Origin: an uncultured Bacteroides sp.
Lineage (GTDB): Bacteria; Bacteroidota; Bacteroidia; Bacteroidales; Bacteroidaceae
Length of the DNA stretch: 64,000 nt
Reading direction: 5' to 3'
Assembly (NCBI RefSeq): GCF_958445495.1
Contig: NZ_CAUCSQ010000019.1
Span: 7,789 to 71,788, forward strand
Shown: positions 1-9,000 of the stretch, piece by piece
Numbering within the stretch: position 1 is the stretch's first letter
How the letters are laid out: every line of letters starts with the position of its first letter
Translations under genes and position numbers: made by a program
Notes under the pieces: model-generated
Databases searched by the model: none
Seen by the model: only the letters and a program-made list of their open reading frames with translations
What the model was told of the DNA's origin: nothing

Positions 1-840
1 GGAAAAGCCAGAGCCGGACACGTGGTCCTCATCGGTTTAGACGGCTGGGGAGCATACAGCCTTCCCAAAGCAGACATGCCCAATGTCAAGAAACTGATGG
101 AAAACGGGGCTTATACATTGAAGAAACGTTCCGCGCTCCCCTCTTCCAGCGCCATCAACTGGGCGTCAATGTTTATGGGAGCCGGCCCGGAACTCCACGG
201 ATACACCGAATGGAATTCCAGGACTCCGGAACTGCCCTCACGCGCGTTAAACAAACACGGAATTTTCCCCACCGTCTTCCAGCTATTGCGTGAAAACCGT
301 CCCCAGGCCGAAATAGGCTGCCTGTATGAGTGGGAGGGAATCAAATATCTGGTAGACACGCTTTCCATGAGCTACCATTACCATGTCGCCGACTACAACA
401 AGACTCCTAAGGAACTGGGAGACATGGCATCCGCATACATCAAAGAAAAACAACCGGCACTCGTTGCCATCTGTTATGACAGCCCCGACCACACCGGCCA
501 TACCGAAGGCCACAACACTCCCGCCTATTACGAAAAACTAAAAGAACTGGACATTTACATCGGGCAGATAGTACAGGCAGTAAAAGACGCGGGAATATTC
601 GACGACACGATTTTCATATTGACTTCCGACCACGGAGGCACCGGCAAAGGACACGGCGGGAAAACCATGCAAGAAATGGAAACGCCGTTCATCATTTCAG
701 GAAAGAACATAAAGAAAGGATTCCAATTTGACGACATAAGCATGATGCAATATGACGTAGCTTCCACAATAGCCTACATATTCAATCTCGAACAACCCCA
801 GGTGTGGATAGGCAGACCGGTGAAGGCCGTTTTCAAATAA
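1..840 (+). CDS. Type I phosphodiesterase / nucleotide pyrophosphatase (alkaline-phosphatase superfamily) protein; 5' end outside the window
   Basis: Frame 1 is open from nt 1 (GKARAGHVVLIGLDGWG...), with the stop at 838-840. NPP-family metal-ligand motifs are present: LIGLDG, PSSSAINW, DSPDHTGHTEGH, LTSDHGG. Confidence 0.8.
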   Translation, partial: GKARAGHVVLIGLDGWGAYSLPKADMPNVKKLMENGAYTLKKRSALPSSSAINWASMFMGAGPELHGYTEWNSRTPELPSRALNKHGIFPTVFQLLRENRPQAEIGCLYEWEGIKYLVDTLSMSYHYHVADYNKTPKELGDMASAYIKEKQPALVAICYDSPDHTGHTEGHNTPAYYEKLKELDIYIGQIVQAVKDAGIFDDTIFILTSDHGGTGKGHGGKTMQEMETPFIISGKNIKKGFQFDDISMMQYDVASTIAYIFNLEQPQVWIGRPVKAVFK

Positions 841-882
841 CCGTCTTCAAGGTTTCATCCTGATTTTACATTCACTTCAATA

Positions 883-917
883 GGACAGAGTGTTTCCTTA
901 CGGCGGACACTCTGTCC
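883..917 (+). terminator. Stem-loop downstream of the phosphodiesterase gene (putative intrinsic terminator)
   Basis: Perfect 11-bp inverted repeat GGACAGAGTGT (883-893) / ACACTCTGTCC (907-917) with a 13-nt loop, 43 nt after the stop codon. There is no strong T-tract. Confidence 0.5.
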
Positions 918-1060
918 CGTTCCAAAACTCAAAAAACAGGCGGCAATCCTCCGTAAAAACATAAAATAACCGGAATACCGTTCAGAAAAGCCGGTAAGTA
1001 TAATTACATTTTCACTTTTTTATTACCTTTACGCCGTTAATCGTAAAGAGACTAATATTA

Positions 1061-3217
1061 ATGAAAAGGAACTGTTTACTATTGCTAATCCTCGCAGTAC
1101 TGCAAACCGCCAGTATCGGGCAACTGCATGCGGCAACGTCCGGGCCGCGACATCCGAACGAATTCGAGACCCTGATGCAGAAAATCCGCCAGGATTTCGC
1201 AGCCAATCCCTCTATCGACACCGCATTGGCAAAATACAATGACAAAGACGGCTCGTTCACAGATGTAGACTACGCCAGCATCCAACGTACCAACTGGCCG
1301 CCGCTGGTGCATGTAGACCGCATCAGAGATTTTGTCTTCGCCTATACCAATCCGAAGAATAAACATTATAAAGAAGAGGCACTGTATGACAAGATAGAGA
1401 AAGGTCTGGCATACTGGCACGAACGGAATCCCTGGTGTCATAACTGGTGGTACAACCAGATAGCCGAACCGCAAAAATTGGGAGTATTGCTCATACAGAT
1501 GCGCACCGGCGCCAGACAGTTGCCGGAAGAGCTGGAAAAGAAAATACTGGACCGCATACGGAAAGACGGGGGAGACCCGGCGAAATGGACCGGCGCCAAC
1601 CGTACCGACATCGCCCTGCACTGGATATACCGTTCCTGCTTGTCGAGAAATGACAAAGACCTGGTTTATGCACTTGAGAACGTGTACAATCCCATCGTCT
1701 ATACGACTGGAGAAGGTTTCCAGCACGACAACAGTTATTTCCAGCACGGACAGCAATTGTACATCGGCGGTTACGGCGACGAGATTCTAAAAGGCGTGAC
1801 ACAGGTAGCCATGTACACCCGCGGCACCCGTTTCGCCATCCCGCAAGACAAGTTGGAGCTGCTCAGCAAATTCATGCGTGAAACCTATTATGCCACGATA
1901 CGCGGCAAGTATATGTCATTCGATGTCTTGGGACGCGGAGTGAGCCGTCCGGGTATCCTGGACAAGTCGAATGCCGCCCTATTTGCCAAACGGATGATTG
2001 AACTGGATGATGCCAATAAAGACGAATTCCGCGATATTGTCGCCCGTATGGAAGGCAGGAAAGCGGCGAGTGACGGTATAAAACCTAAACATACACACTA
2101 TTTCCGCGGAGACTACACCCTCCATGTACGCCCGCATTACACGTTCGATGTCCGGCTGGTGTCCGCACGTACGGCACGTTGCGAATACGGCAACGGCGAG
2201 AACCTGAAAACCTATTTCCTGTCAGACGGATGCACCAATATCACGACCCGGGGAGGGGAATATTACAACATCCCGCCAGTCTGGAACTGGACACGCATCC
2301 CCGGCGTGACGGCTCCCCAATTGAAGGAAATCCCGCTGGCGTCAAGCGACTGGCAGACATTAGGCACTTCGACATTTGCGGGCGGCGTGTCCGACAGCCT
2401 CTACGGTGTATCCGCCTATGCCTATATGGATACGTACAAGGATATCAACACCGGCGCGCACAAAGCATGGTTCTTCTTCGACGATGAAGTGGTTTGCCTG
2501 GGTTCGGACATCCGTTCCACCTCCCCGGAAGCCGTATATACGACAATCAACCAATGCCTGGCCGTTTCTTCGGGAGCCGCCATTTCAGTCGGTGGCAGGC
2601 AAAAGGACATTCCTTCAACAGAAACGGCATATGAAGCGGCAGACTGGGTATGGCATGACGGGATAGGCTATGTATTTCCGCAAGGCGGACGCATCATAAC
2701 GGGATTGCAGCGGCAAAGCGGCAGTTGGTATGACATCAACAACAGCGTAGACCAGAAAAACAAGATAGAGCAAGAGGTATTTACGCTCAGCCTCGACCAC
2801 GGTTTCCAACCGCAGAACGGGACGTATGCCTATGTGGTGGTACCGGGTAAACGGAATGCCTCTGATATGGAGAAATACAGGAAAAACATTCCCGTAGAGA
2901 TATTGAGCAATACAACCGACATACAAGCGGTCCGAAACCCTAAAAAAGATATCTGGCAGATAGTGTTCTACCAGCCGGGAGAATTCAGCCACGGTTCCCT
3001 GCATATCCGGGTAGATAAGCCCTGTGCACTGATGTTGAAGGGAACAGGGACGGAACAGCATGTGGTCCACATCGCCGATTTGGGACAGACCCGCCAGCCC
3101 ATCCACGCCACGATTCGTATTTCCGACCGGAAAGGCGGAACACAGACCGTCTGCCTCCGTCCTTCGGACAATCCGGTTTATGCGGGAGCCACCCAATCGT
3201 TCACACTAAATTTCTAA
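1061..3217 (+). CDS. Polysaccharide lyase family 8 (chondroitin AC / hyaluronate / xanthan lyase family), secreted
   Basis: 718 aa with an N-terminal signal peptide (MKRNCLLLLILAVLQTASIGQLHA). PL8-type motifs: NWWYNQIAEPQKLG, TGANRTDIALHW, GFQHDNSYFQHGQQLYIGGYGDE (catalytic His/Tyr region), LGRGVSRPG, NGENLKTYFLSDG. Confidence 0.85.
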   Translation: MKRNCLLLLILAVLQTASIGQLHAATSGPRHPNEFETLMQKIRQDFAANPSIDTALAKYNDKDGSFTDVDYASIQRTNWPPLVHVDRIRDFVFAYTNPKNKHYKEEALYDKIEKGLAYWHERNPWCHNWWYNQIAEPQKLGVLLIQMRTGARQLPEELEKKILDRIRKDGGDPAKWTGANRTDIALHWIYRSCLSRNDKDLVYALENVYNPIVYTTGEGFQHDNSYFQHGQQLYIGGYGDEILKGVTQVAMYTRGTRFAIPQDKLELLSKFMRETYYATIRGKYMSFDVLGRGVSRPGILDKSNAALFAKRMIELDDANKDEFRDIVARMEGRKAASDGIKPKHTHYFRGDYTLHVRPHYTFDVRLVSARTARCEYGNGENLKTYFLSDGCTNITTRGGEYYNIPPVWNWTRIPGVTAPQLKEIPLASSDWQTLGTSTFAGGVSDSLYGVSAYAYMDTYKDINTGAHKAWFFFDDEVVCLGSDIRSTSPEAVYTTINQCLAVSSGAAISVGGRQKDIPSTETAYEAADWVWHDGIGYVFPQGGRIITGLQRQSGSWYDINNSVDQKNKIEQEVFTLSLDHGFQPQNGTYAYVVVPGKRNASDMEKYRKNIPVEILSNTTDIQAVRNPKKDIWQIVFYQPGEFSHGSLHIRVDKPCALMLKGTGTEQHVVHIADLGQTRQPIHATIRISDRKGGTQTVCLRPSDNPVYAGATQSFTLNF

Positions 3218-3449
3218 GAAAATGAATACTTACAGTCAAACGGTCTGTCTACACAGGCAGCCTGCATATAAAACCGGGAATTCTCCGAGAAACAGAAATC
3301 CGGCCGCAACAACCGCCAGAATTAAGAAAAGCAATGAACATCCGGAATTATTTTCTCTCTGTCCATACTTACACAAAATATAAACATCTATAAAACCGGC
3401 TATCTTATCCAATAACAATATTCATAAATACAATAAACACAGAAAAAAC

Positions 3450-5336
3450 ATGTTGAAAAAGAAAATCATTACCGCTCTTATATTTGCATCTATTTTACCT
3501 TCGTTAATGGCACAACACAACATAGCATTCCGTTTCGATGACGACAGGCAGACATGGAATCTTCATAAAGGGAAAGCGGAAATCTGCGAGACAGGAGCCC
3601 AAAAAGGAAAGGCGTTGAAACTCTCACCCAACACTACGGTAAGTTTCAAACTATCGTTGCAACCCTCTTCCGCCTATAAAGTGACGGCATGGATGCGTAC
3701 CGAAAGCGGCGCCGACGACATGACAATGCAGACTGCGGGACTCGGACGGAACAACATCAGCCTGTCTACCGCACTCGCCACATGGACACGTTTCGAACAG
3801 ACATTAAACGTCTCAAAAGACCAAACGTCAGCAAACCTCGAATTTATTTTCGGTAACTCCCAAGGCAACACGTTCGCTTGGGTCGATGAAGTAGAAATAC
3901 AGCGTACAGGCGATTACCAGGAAAAAACTTATACAGGCATTCCGGAAGCTCAACGCCGTGAGATAAAAACAGACCTGGGTGTCACCATGCAACCGGACGA
4001 GAAAATAGCTTGGATGCTCGACGACAAACTCGGAATGTTCGTGCATTGGGGATTATACGCCGGGCCGGGAAAAGGCGAATGGTATATGGAAAGCAACGGA
4101 ATCAAGCCGGAGGAATATCGAAAGTTAGCCTATCCCCAGGCAGGAGACCTGTATTTTGACGCGAAAGACTTCCATGCAGAGAAATGGGTGGCACTTGCCA
4201 AAAAGATGGGAGCGAGATACATGAATATGACTACACAGCACCATGACGGATATGCTTTATTCGAAAGCAGATACATGAATGCTTTCACTTCCAGACAAAC
4301 GCACAACCGCGATTTCGTGAAAGAATACGTAGATGCCTGCCGTGCTTCCGGATTGAAGGTAGGTATTTATAAAACACTTATCAACTGGCGTTTTCCGGGA
4401 TATTACGATGTAACGGGAACCGACTGCAAGCCCAACAGGTTCGGGTATGTGACCGACTCCGCCCATAAAGAGAATGCCAGACTGATGAAAGAAGAGTTGT
4501 ATTGCCAAATCAAGGAACTTATGACCGGATACGGCAAGATAGACCAATTGTTCTGGGATGGCGGTTGGTTAGCCCAACAGGGAAAGGATGCCGATGGGGC
4601 TTACTTCTGGGAATCGGGCCAATATCTTAGCCCGGACAACGCCTGGCCCGTTAATCCTTATTTCCAGGATAAGGAAGAAACGACCGGCAAACCCTTGGGA
4701 CTGATGGGTATCGTAAGAAAATACCAGCCCGATATTGTAACCAATATCCGCTGCGGATGGATAGGAGACTACACGAACGAAGAAGGCGGCGGGGCGGTAA
4801 AGGGAGACATCCGTAGCGGAGTGGTGGAAAAATGTTTCACCCTGGCCCCGGGATGGGGATATACGAAGATTATGGAAGATTCCACGTATATCATGCCGCT
4901 CAAAGAAATAAAACGTCTGTTTTCCGATTGCATGGTGAGAAATATGTGCTGCTTAATCAATGTAGGTCCCGACAGGCACGGTAACATACCGCTCCCGGTG
5001 GAAAAACGTCTGATTGAATTCGGCAAGTGGGTGCATGCTGCGGACGAAGCCATCTACGGAACGCGCGGAGGCCCCTGGCAACCGGTAGACGGACAATATG
5101 GTTTTACCTATAAGGATAATACCATATATATTTACCTTTTAGGCGGATATACGTCCTCCTCATTCGTCATGCCTCCTGTCAATGCAGGCATGAAAGCCGT
5201 AAAAGCATACGACGTCCTGACAGGGAAAAAAATAGGAATCTCCCAGAAAGGAAAACAAATAACCTTAAAAGAAATAGAAACCGTTCCGGACGACATAACT
5301 GTCATTGCCGTAACTTTGAACCAGAAAGTCAGATAG
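3450..5336 (+). CDS. GH29 alpha-L-fucosidase with an N-terminal carbohydrate-binding-like beta-sandwich domain
   Basis: 628 aa with a signal peptide. A module of about 150 aa precedes the GH29 core. GH29 motifs: KLGMFVHWGLYAGPGKGEWYM, GARYMNMTTQHHDGYALFES, GLKVGIYKTLINW. Confidence 0.9.
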   Translation: MLKKKIITALIFASILPSLMAQHNIAFRFDDDRQTWNLHKGKAEICETGAQKGKALKLSPNTTVSFKLSLQPSSAYKVTAWMRTESGADDMTMQTAGLGRNNISLSTALATWTRFEQTLNVSKDQTSANLEFIFGNSQGNTFAWVDEVEIQRTGDYQEKTYTGIPEAQRREIKTDLGVTMQPDEKIAWMLDDKLGMFVHWGLYAGPGKGEWYMESNGIKPEEYRKLAYPQAGDLYFDAKDFHAEKWVALAKKMGARYMNMTTQHHDGYALFESRYMNAFTSRQTHNRDFVKEYVDACRASGLKVGIYKTLINWRFPGYYDVTGTDCKPNRFGYVTDSAHKENARLMKEELYCQIKELMTGYGKIDQLFWDGGWLAQQGKDADGAYFWESGQYLSPDNAWPVNPYFQDKEETTGKPLGLMGIVRKYQPDIVTNIRCGWIGDYTNEEGGGAVKGDIRSGVVEKCFTLAPGWGYTKIMEDSTYIMPLKEIKRLFSDCMVRNMCCLINVGPDRHGNIPLPVEKRLIEFGKWVHAADEAIYGTRGGPWQPVDGQYGFTYKDNTIYIYLLGGYTSSSFVMPPVNAGMKAVKAYDVLTGKKIGISQKGKQITLKEIETVPDDITVIAVTLNQKVR

Positions 5337-5500
5337 GACAACAACAAGACATCCCAATCTCCTACCGGACAAGAACGATTTTTTAAGCCGGGAGATACGT
5401 CTACCGTGAGAAAGCCGTATTTCCCGGTAGCTATAAACAGAGCCGTATCAAACTCCATTGTTGAGTAATCGGGCGTTCTGAATGCAATACGTCCTCCATA

Positions 5501-5624
5501 TGTGTTACCTTCAATATGGTTACTGTTGTAGTTGAAGTCCACAGTAAAACGGCGGCTAAGTCTTTCCCTATCCTTCTCCGACAATGGGCTGCAAATTCTG
5601 CCATGCAGTCAGTGCTTTCTTCAT
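5501..5624 (-). pseudogene. Fic-family (filamentation induced by cAMP) N-terminal fragment, frameshifted and truncated
   Basis: MKKALTAWQNLQPIVGEG* (from ATG 5624) continues in another frame as SEKDRERLSRRFTVDFNYNSNHIEGNT. The NYNSNHIEGNT string matches the conserved N-terminal Fic-associated motif. Similarity ends there, and the Fic HPFxxGNG core is absent. Confidence 0.45.
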
Positions 5625-5748
5625 ATTAAGATACTTCATATAGAGAAAGTTGGCTAATGTCTTGATAATAGCAAATGCCGATTTAAAAGTACAGATAGTA
5701 CATAGATATGCAAATTTAAAAGTGCATTTATTGATAAAAGTGCTGATT

Positions 5749-5817
5749 TTATCCGGCATCGTTTTCTGTCAGAATGCCTGCCAATAATTCTTTGTAAAAT
5801 ATATGGGCTTGTCTCAT
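5749..5817 (-). pseudogene. 22-codon stub of a HipA N-terminal-domain gene, translationally coupled to the upstream HTH
   Basis: The ATG at 5817 overlaps the HTH stop (ATGA). The translation is MRQAHIFYKELLAGILTENDAG*, which resembles the N-termini of Bacteroides HipA_N proteins as I remember them. The ORF stops at 5749-5751. Confidence 0.4.
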
Positions 5818-6026
5818 CGATTATTATTTTTTTGAGTGGCAACCATTTCATAATTGAAAAAGTCAAGGAGCTGATTCACCTTATCGAGGCGCAACGTTTC
5901 CTTTCCTTGTTCAAGGTCTCGCACAAAGCGCAATCCTACCCCCGACTTCAACGAAAGTTCTTCTTGCGTCAAATTATACTGCTTTCGCAGCATCTTGACC
6001 GTAGTAGAAAGATTATTCATAAGCAT
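5814..6026 (-). CDS. XRE-family helix-turn-helix protein, HipB-like antitoxin (its toxin partner is lost)
   Basis: 70 aa. HTH_3-type core: LRKQYNLTQEELSLKSGVGLRFVRDLEQGKETLRLDKVNQLLDFF. Confidence 0.8.
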   Translation of the reverse strand: MLMNNLSTTVKMLRKQYNLTQEELSLKSGVGLRFVRDLEQGKETLRLDKVNQLLDFFNYEMVATQKNNNR

Positions 6027-6048
6027 TCAACTTTATACCTTTTCGGGG

Positions 6049-6056
6049 GCAAAGTT
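6049..6056 (-). promoter_or_regulatory. Bacteroides-type -7 promoter box (TAACTTTG on the minus strand) for the 70-aa HTH gene
   Basis: The plus strand reads CAAAGTTA, which is the reverse complement of the TAnnTTTG consensus. It ends 22 nt upstream of the start codon at 6026. Confidence 0.4.
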
Positions 6057-6073
6057 AATACAAATGTTTAGCA

Positions 6074-6091
6074 TTATACCATAAAGGGTAT
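6074..6091. promoter_or_regulatory. 6-N6-6 palindrome TATACC-N6-GGTATA, a candidate autoregulatory operator for the HTH
   Basis: TATACC (6074-6079) and GGTATA (6086-6091). Extra half-sites TATACC (6033-6038) and GGTATA (6128-6133) flank it symmetrically, just upstream of the -7 box. Confidence 0.3.
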
Positions 6092-6238
6092 AATTTATTG
6101 CACTATCAGCATTATTATATCAGATAAGGTATAGTACAATAAGGTTCAGAACCACAAATATCAAAATACATAAGCGTTGTTCTACACTTTTTCAAGCGAA
6201 TCAAACATTCCAAATAAATTAGAATGCAATTCCATCGG

Positions 6239-6360
6239 AAACCACCCTACCTTTGCCCCCAGAGTTTAACATCATAAAAATATATGCTATGAAAAACAAA
6301 TTATTTTATCTTATTAGTGCGCGTACCTATTGAGCTACACGGGTGCTTTCACTTCTTGTG
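6239..6360 (+). repeat. Direct-repeat copy 1: duplicated -7 box, leader and first codons of the lipoprotein gene (degenerate copy)
   Basis: The 122 nt are identical to 9610-9732 except for one T/C substitution and a 1-nt deletion. The deletion frameshifts the copied ORF (ATG 6289, MKNKLFYLISARTY*). Confidence 0.95.
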
Positions 6361-6409
6361 CAATCGGATTGCAAGTATGGAAAATCTACTGACAGAAAAC
6401 TGAAGAAGA

Positions 6410-6559
6410 ATGATTGCAAAAGCCAAAGCCATGTCGCACGGTATAAACAATCTCCGTTATATTACCGGCGAATCACAGCACAAGAAACATCCGGAGAAAA
6501 TCTATAGGGTATTGGACAATCTCCTTACTCCAAACATTTTGTTTTATATAGCTATATAA
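6410..6559 (+). pseudogene. N-terminal fragment of a MobA/VirD2-type mobilization relaxase
   Basis: 49 codons: MIAKAKAMSHGINNLRYITGESQHKKHPEKIYRVLDNLLTPNILFYIAI*. MIAKxKxxSHGxNxLRYITGE is the typical N-terminus of Bacteroides mobilization relaxases as I remember it. The fragment is preceded by what looks like the last codons of a mob accessory gene (...SMENLLTEN*). Confidence 0.5.
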
Positions 6560-6766
6560 TCAATGCGAACCCCTATCAAACAAATACTTTCTTTACATGC
6601 TATTCTCATCTGTTCTCCGGTTGAATTTTACCTTTCAAAAATTATGCAGCATAAACATTATGCCCCTGCTACATAATACAAAGTCACCGTTGGTATTTTA
6701 TTGCTCAATTATATATAAACCAAACTCGTACCTCATCCCATTTGGAAATTTGACCCACAAAAATAG

Positions 6767-8029
6767 TTATTCCAACTTACACCGTCCATCCAATACTCCG
6801 GCAAACATGTCCATTTCTCTCTTGGAAATACCTAACCGTACAGCTAATTCTCGCCACCCTTTCACAGTTTCAACCACCTCTGAAATAATCTTTTCTGCTG
6901 TTTTTCGATTGAGTATATAATACTCACAAGCATCAAGTAGAATACTTAAATCCGCTTTGTTGGAAGTTGATGAGACAAGCAGGCTTTGATACTCGTTCAG
7001 AGTGGGATTCATATCGTATGCAGGAGACAATATCCAACCTTTTGCAGTCAAAAGAAAACCATGATTGCGGAAATGGTCATCGCTATTACCAATACAAATG
7101 TTGAAAGCCACGCGACGATAGAGTTCCTGCAGATTATCTTCCACATTCGCACAGTTCTGGATTATGAAATCTACTATATCCAGATAACCGTGTCCTGTCG
7201 TAGCATTGTCACCATCATTAAGTCCCAGCAAAGTCATTGCAGAAGCAAAGTGAATCCGTTTCCCTTCTTGGGTTCTGTCAAAGCGTTGCGAAAGCAAGGT
7301 GTGATATTTCTCACCTGTTGCCAGTACTTTTGTTTTCGCGGCATTTATGCCGGCTTTTATCGCAAGAAGATGGCTGAAATGTTCCCACAGTCCTGCATCG
7401 TAATCATCTTTACGTGAAGGGAACTTAGCTATATATAGTGTTTTATCCGTGTCTACCACATTGGCTTTGGGTCTTGCACCACCCAATGAAGAACCCGGCT
7501 GTACAAGTTGAGTAATCCATTTCCTGTCTGGAAGAACATTCCCCTCTTCGCTTTTCTCAATTTCTGCACTGGCTGCTATCAACTCTCTGATATCCGTCAG
7601 AGGTGGGATTTTCAACGACTCACTCACATTTATAAACTCCCCTTTGGGGTCTTCCTTAAAACGAAAAGCTCCCATTCGAGAGAAGTCGTCAATACCGGTC
7701 AGGAAATCGAATGAAGACAATCGTCGCACAGGTCGTTTTTCTTCCATTGCTGTAAGCTGCTCACGTCGCAACAACAGCGTTCGTCCCCAACGGTCGGGCA
7801 AGGCATCGGAGAAACATCCGAATATATCTTTCCCCGGCTGCGTATATTGTTGACTCGGATAATTGTTCAAATCATCACTCAAAAACAAATCACCGTGTTT
7901 TTTCAACCATTCATCGCTAAATGTAAAACAATAACTGTCCGAGCCTCGAAGTGATTCATATCCCAACTCGCCAATGAGTTTAACCTCTTTCAGCCAGTCA
8001 AAATCAGCATATACATATAATTTCTTCAT
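6767..8029 (-). CDS. hipA: HipA-family serine/threonine kinase toxin (type II toxin-antitoxin)
   Basis: 420 aa. HipA N-terminal coupling domain (MKKLYVYADF...GELGYESLRGSDSYCFTFSDEWL), SLGGARPKANV, and catalytic-loop motif NSDDHFRNHGFLL. Confidence 0.9.
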   Translation of the reverse strand: MKKLYVYADFDWLKEVKLIGELGYESLRGSDSYCFTFSDEWLKKHGDLFLSDDLNNYPSQQYTQPGKDIFGCFSDALPDRWGRTLLLRREQLTAMEEKRPVRRLSSFDFLTGIDDFSRMGAFRFKEDPKGEFINVSESLKIPPLTDIRELIAASAEIEKSEEGNVLPDRKWITQLVQPGSSLGGARPKANVVDTDKTLYIAKFPSRKDDYDAGLWEHFSHLLAIKAGINAAKTKVLATGEKYHTLLSQRFDRTQEGKRIHFASAMTLLGLNDGDNATTGHGYLDIVDFIIQNCANVEDNLQELYRRVAFNICIGNSDDHFRNHGFLLTAKGWILSPAYDMNPTLNEYQSLLVSSTSNKADLSILLDACEYYILNRKTAEKIISEVVETVKGWRELAVRLGISKREMDMFAGVLDGRCKLE

Positions 8030-8032
8030 CGC

Positions 8033-8359
8033 CTATTCCTTTTTGGATGCACGTTCCCTTGTCTTCAAACTTAAATCCTGTAACGCTTTTCCCAATTTGT
8101 CTTCCTTAGCCAGCCACAGAATATCATCGTCAAGTTGCAAGGCATACAAAACACGCAAATAAATACCGATTGCCACTGTCGGCGCACCTTTCTCTATCCG
8201 AGCTACGGTCAGCGAAGAACAGGTTGCACGTTCGGCCACCTGAGCCACACTCAAATTCCTGCGTAAACGAGCCAACTTAATCTGCTCTCCCACGACCTGC
8301 ATCTTCTGCTCCAGCTTTCGAGGTAATTTAGTACCCATTGTATTCTTTGTCATATTCAA
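8033..8359 (-). CDS. hipB: XRE-family HTH antitoxin HipB
   Basis: 108 aa with HTH core IKLARLRRNLSVAQVAERATCSSLTVARIEKG. The gene ends 3 nt before the hipA start, on the same strand. Confidence 0.8.
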   Translation of the reverse strand: MNMTKNTMGTKLPRKLEQKMQVVGEQIKLARLRRNLSVAQVAERATCSSLTVARIEKGAPTVAIGIYLRVLYALQLDDDILWLAKEDKLGKALQDLSLKTRERASKKE

Positions 8360-8375
8360 TATATCATATAATATG

Positions 8376-8383
8376 CAAAGATA
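8376..8383 (-). promoter_or_regulatory. -7 promoter box (TATCTTTG on the minus strand) for hipBA
   Basis: The plus strand reads CAAAGATA, which is the reverse complement of TAnnTTTG. It ends 16 nt upstream of the hipB ATG. Confidence 0.4.
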
Positions 8384-8470
8384 GCGCTTTTTATTTATTT
8401 AATGATGTATTATAAAGATTATTGTCTTCCCTTATTTTAGTTGAATTCCACAAGTATGGAATATTAGAAT

Positions 8471-8806
8471 TTAGTAGCATGCTTGCAATCTTCTTATACC
8501 CAATTCATTAATCGGGCTTGTTACATAACCAAGCTTATTGATAATATTGCCAGTGGTATCAACCAGCTTTTTTGAAGTTTCATATATCGCCGTATATGCT
8601 GATTTAATAACATTTCGTTGCTCCCATTCATCAATATCCTCAACAGACAAGCGTTTTAAATATTCCTTCATTTCAATACTTGTCATCTGAATGTGTCCCA
8701 GCATATTCCATCTGATTAGATTATCTTTGAATGCAGTTTTTTTAGCTTCATAAGTTGGCAAAGACGCTAAACTACACTTTTTTAATTTGCTCTTCGCAAG
8801 CAGCAA
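8471..8806 (-). CDS. Hypothetical protein; start uncertain, possibly the 3' part of a frameshifted gene
   Basis: 111-codon ORF that opens with TTG. The first ATG-encoded Met is codon 35. I recognise no family motif. It overlaps, in another frame, the end of the 47-codon ORF at 8815-8958. Confidence 0.35.
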   Translation of the reverse strand: MLLAKSKLKKCSLASLPTYEAKKTAFKDNLIRWNMLGHIQMTSIEMKEYLKRLSVEDIDEWEQRNVIKSAYTAIYETSKKLVDTTGNIINKLGYVTSPINELGIRRLQACY

Positions 8807-8814
8807 TATTCTTC

Positions 8815-8958
8815 TTACAATGATTTACCTATACGTATTTGCTCTAAACAATCTTGCTCCTTTTGCAATGTCCCGTTGAGCGTATTCTTTAGTTCTTTTG
8901 CATTATCACTTATCCGCTGTTGTAAAAAGTTGTCTAAAGGGCTTTTCGTATATTTCAT
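8815..8958 (-). CDS. Small hypothetical ORF (47 aa), possibly the 5' part of a frameshifted gene
   Basis: ATG at 8958: MKYTKSPLDNFLQQRISDNAKELKNTLNGTLQKEQDCLEQIRIGKSL*. It lies 42 nt downstream of the HTH gene at 9001-9336. This ORF is not in the supplied track; I translated it by hand. Confidence 0.3.
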   Translation of the reverse strand: MKYTKSPLDNFLQQRISDNAKELKNTLNGTLQKEQDCLEQIRIGKSL

Positions 8959-9000
8959 ATTTATCTTTCTATCTTGTAAATAATTTCTATCTGTTTTATA

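Noticed and set aside
3236-3418. 60-aa minus-strand ORF with a hydrophobic helix (CSLLFLILAVVAAGFLFLGEF), filling the PL8/GH29 intergenic spacer. It could be a small membrane protein.
   Set aside because: It has only a TTG start, no internal Met and no promoter-like box, and it is oriented against the flanking operon. It is most likely a chance ORF. It would be worth re-examining only if Ribo-seq data exist.
5132-5500. The remainder of the 150-aa minus-strand ORF that contains the Fic-like fragment.
   Set aside because: Below about 5500 the translation loses all Fic similarity, and from 5336 downward it overlaps the GH29 coding region. Only 5501-5624 is treated as a gene remnant.
6649-6663. 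GCATAA-aca-TTATGC hairpin downstream of hipA, considered as a possible terminator.
   Set aside because: The stem is only 6 bp and AT-rich, and it lies about 100 nt from the stop codon. That is too weak to annotate.
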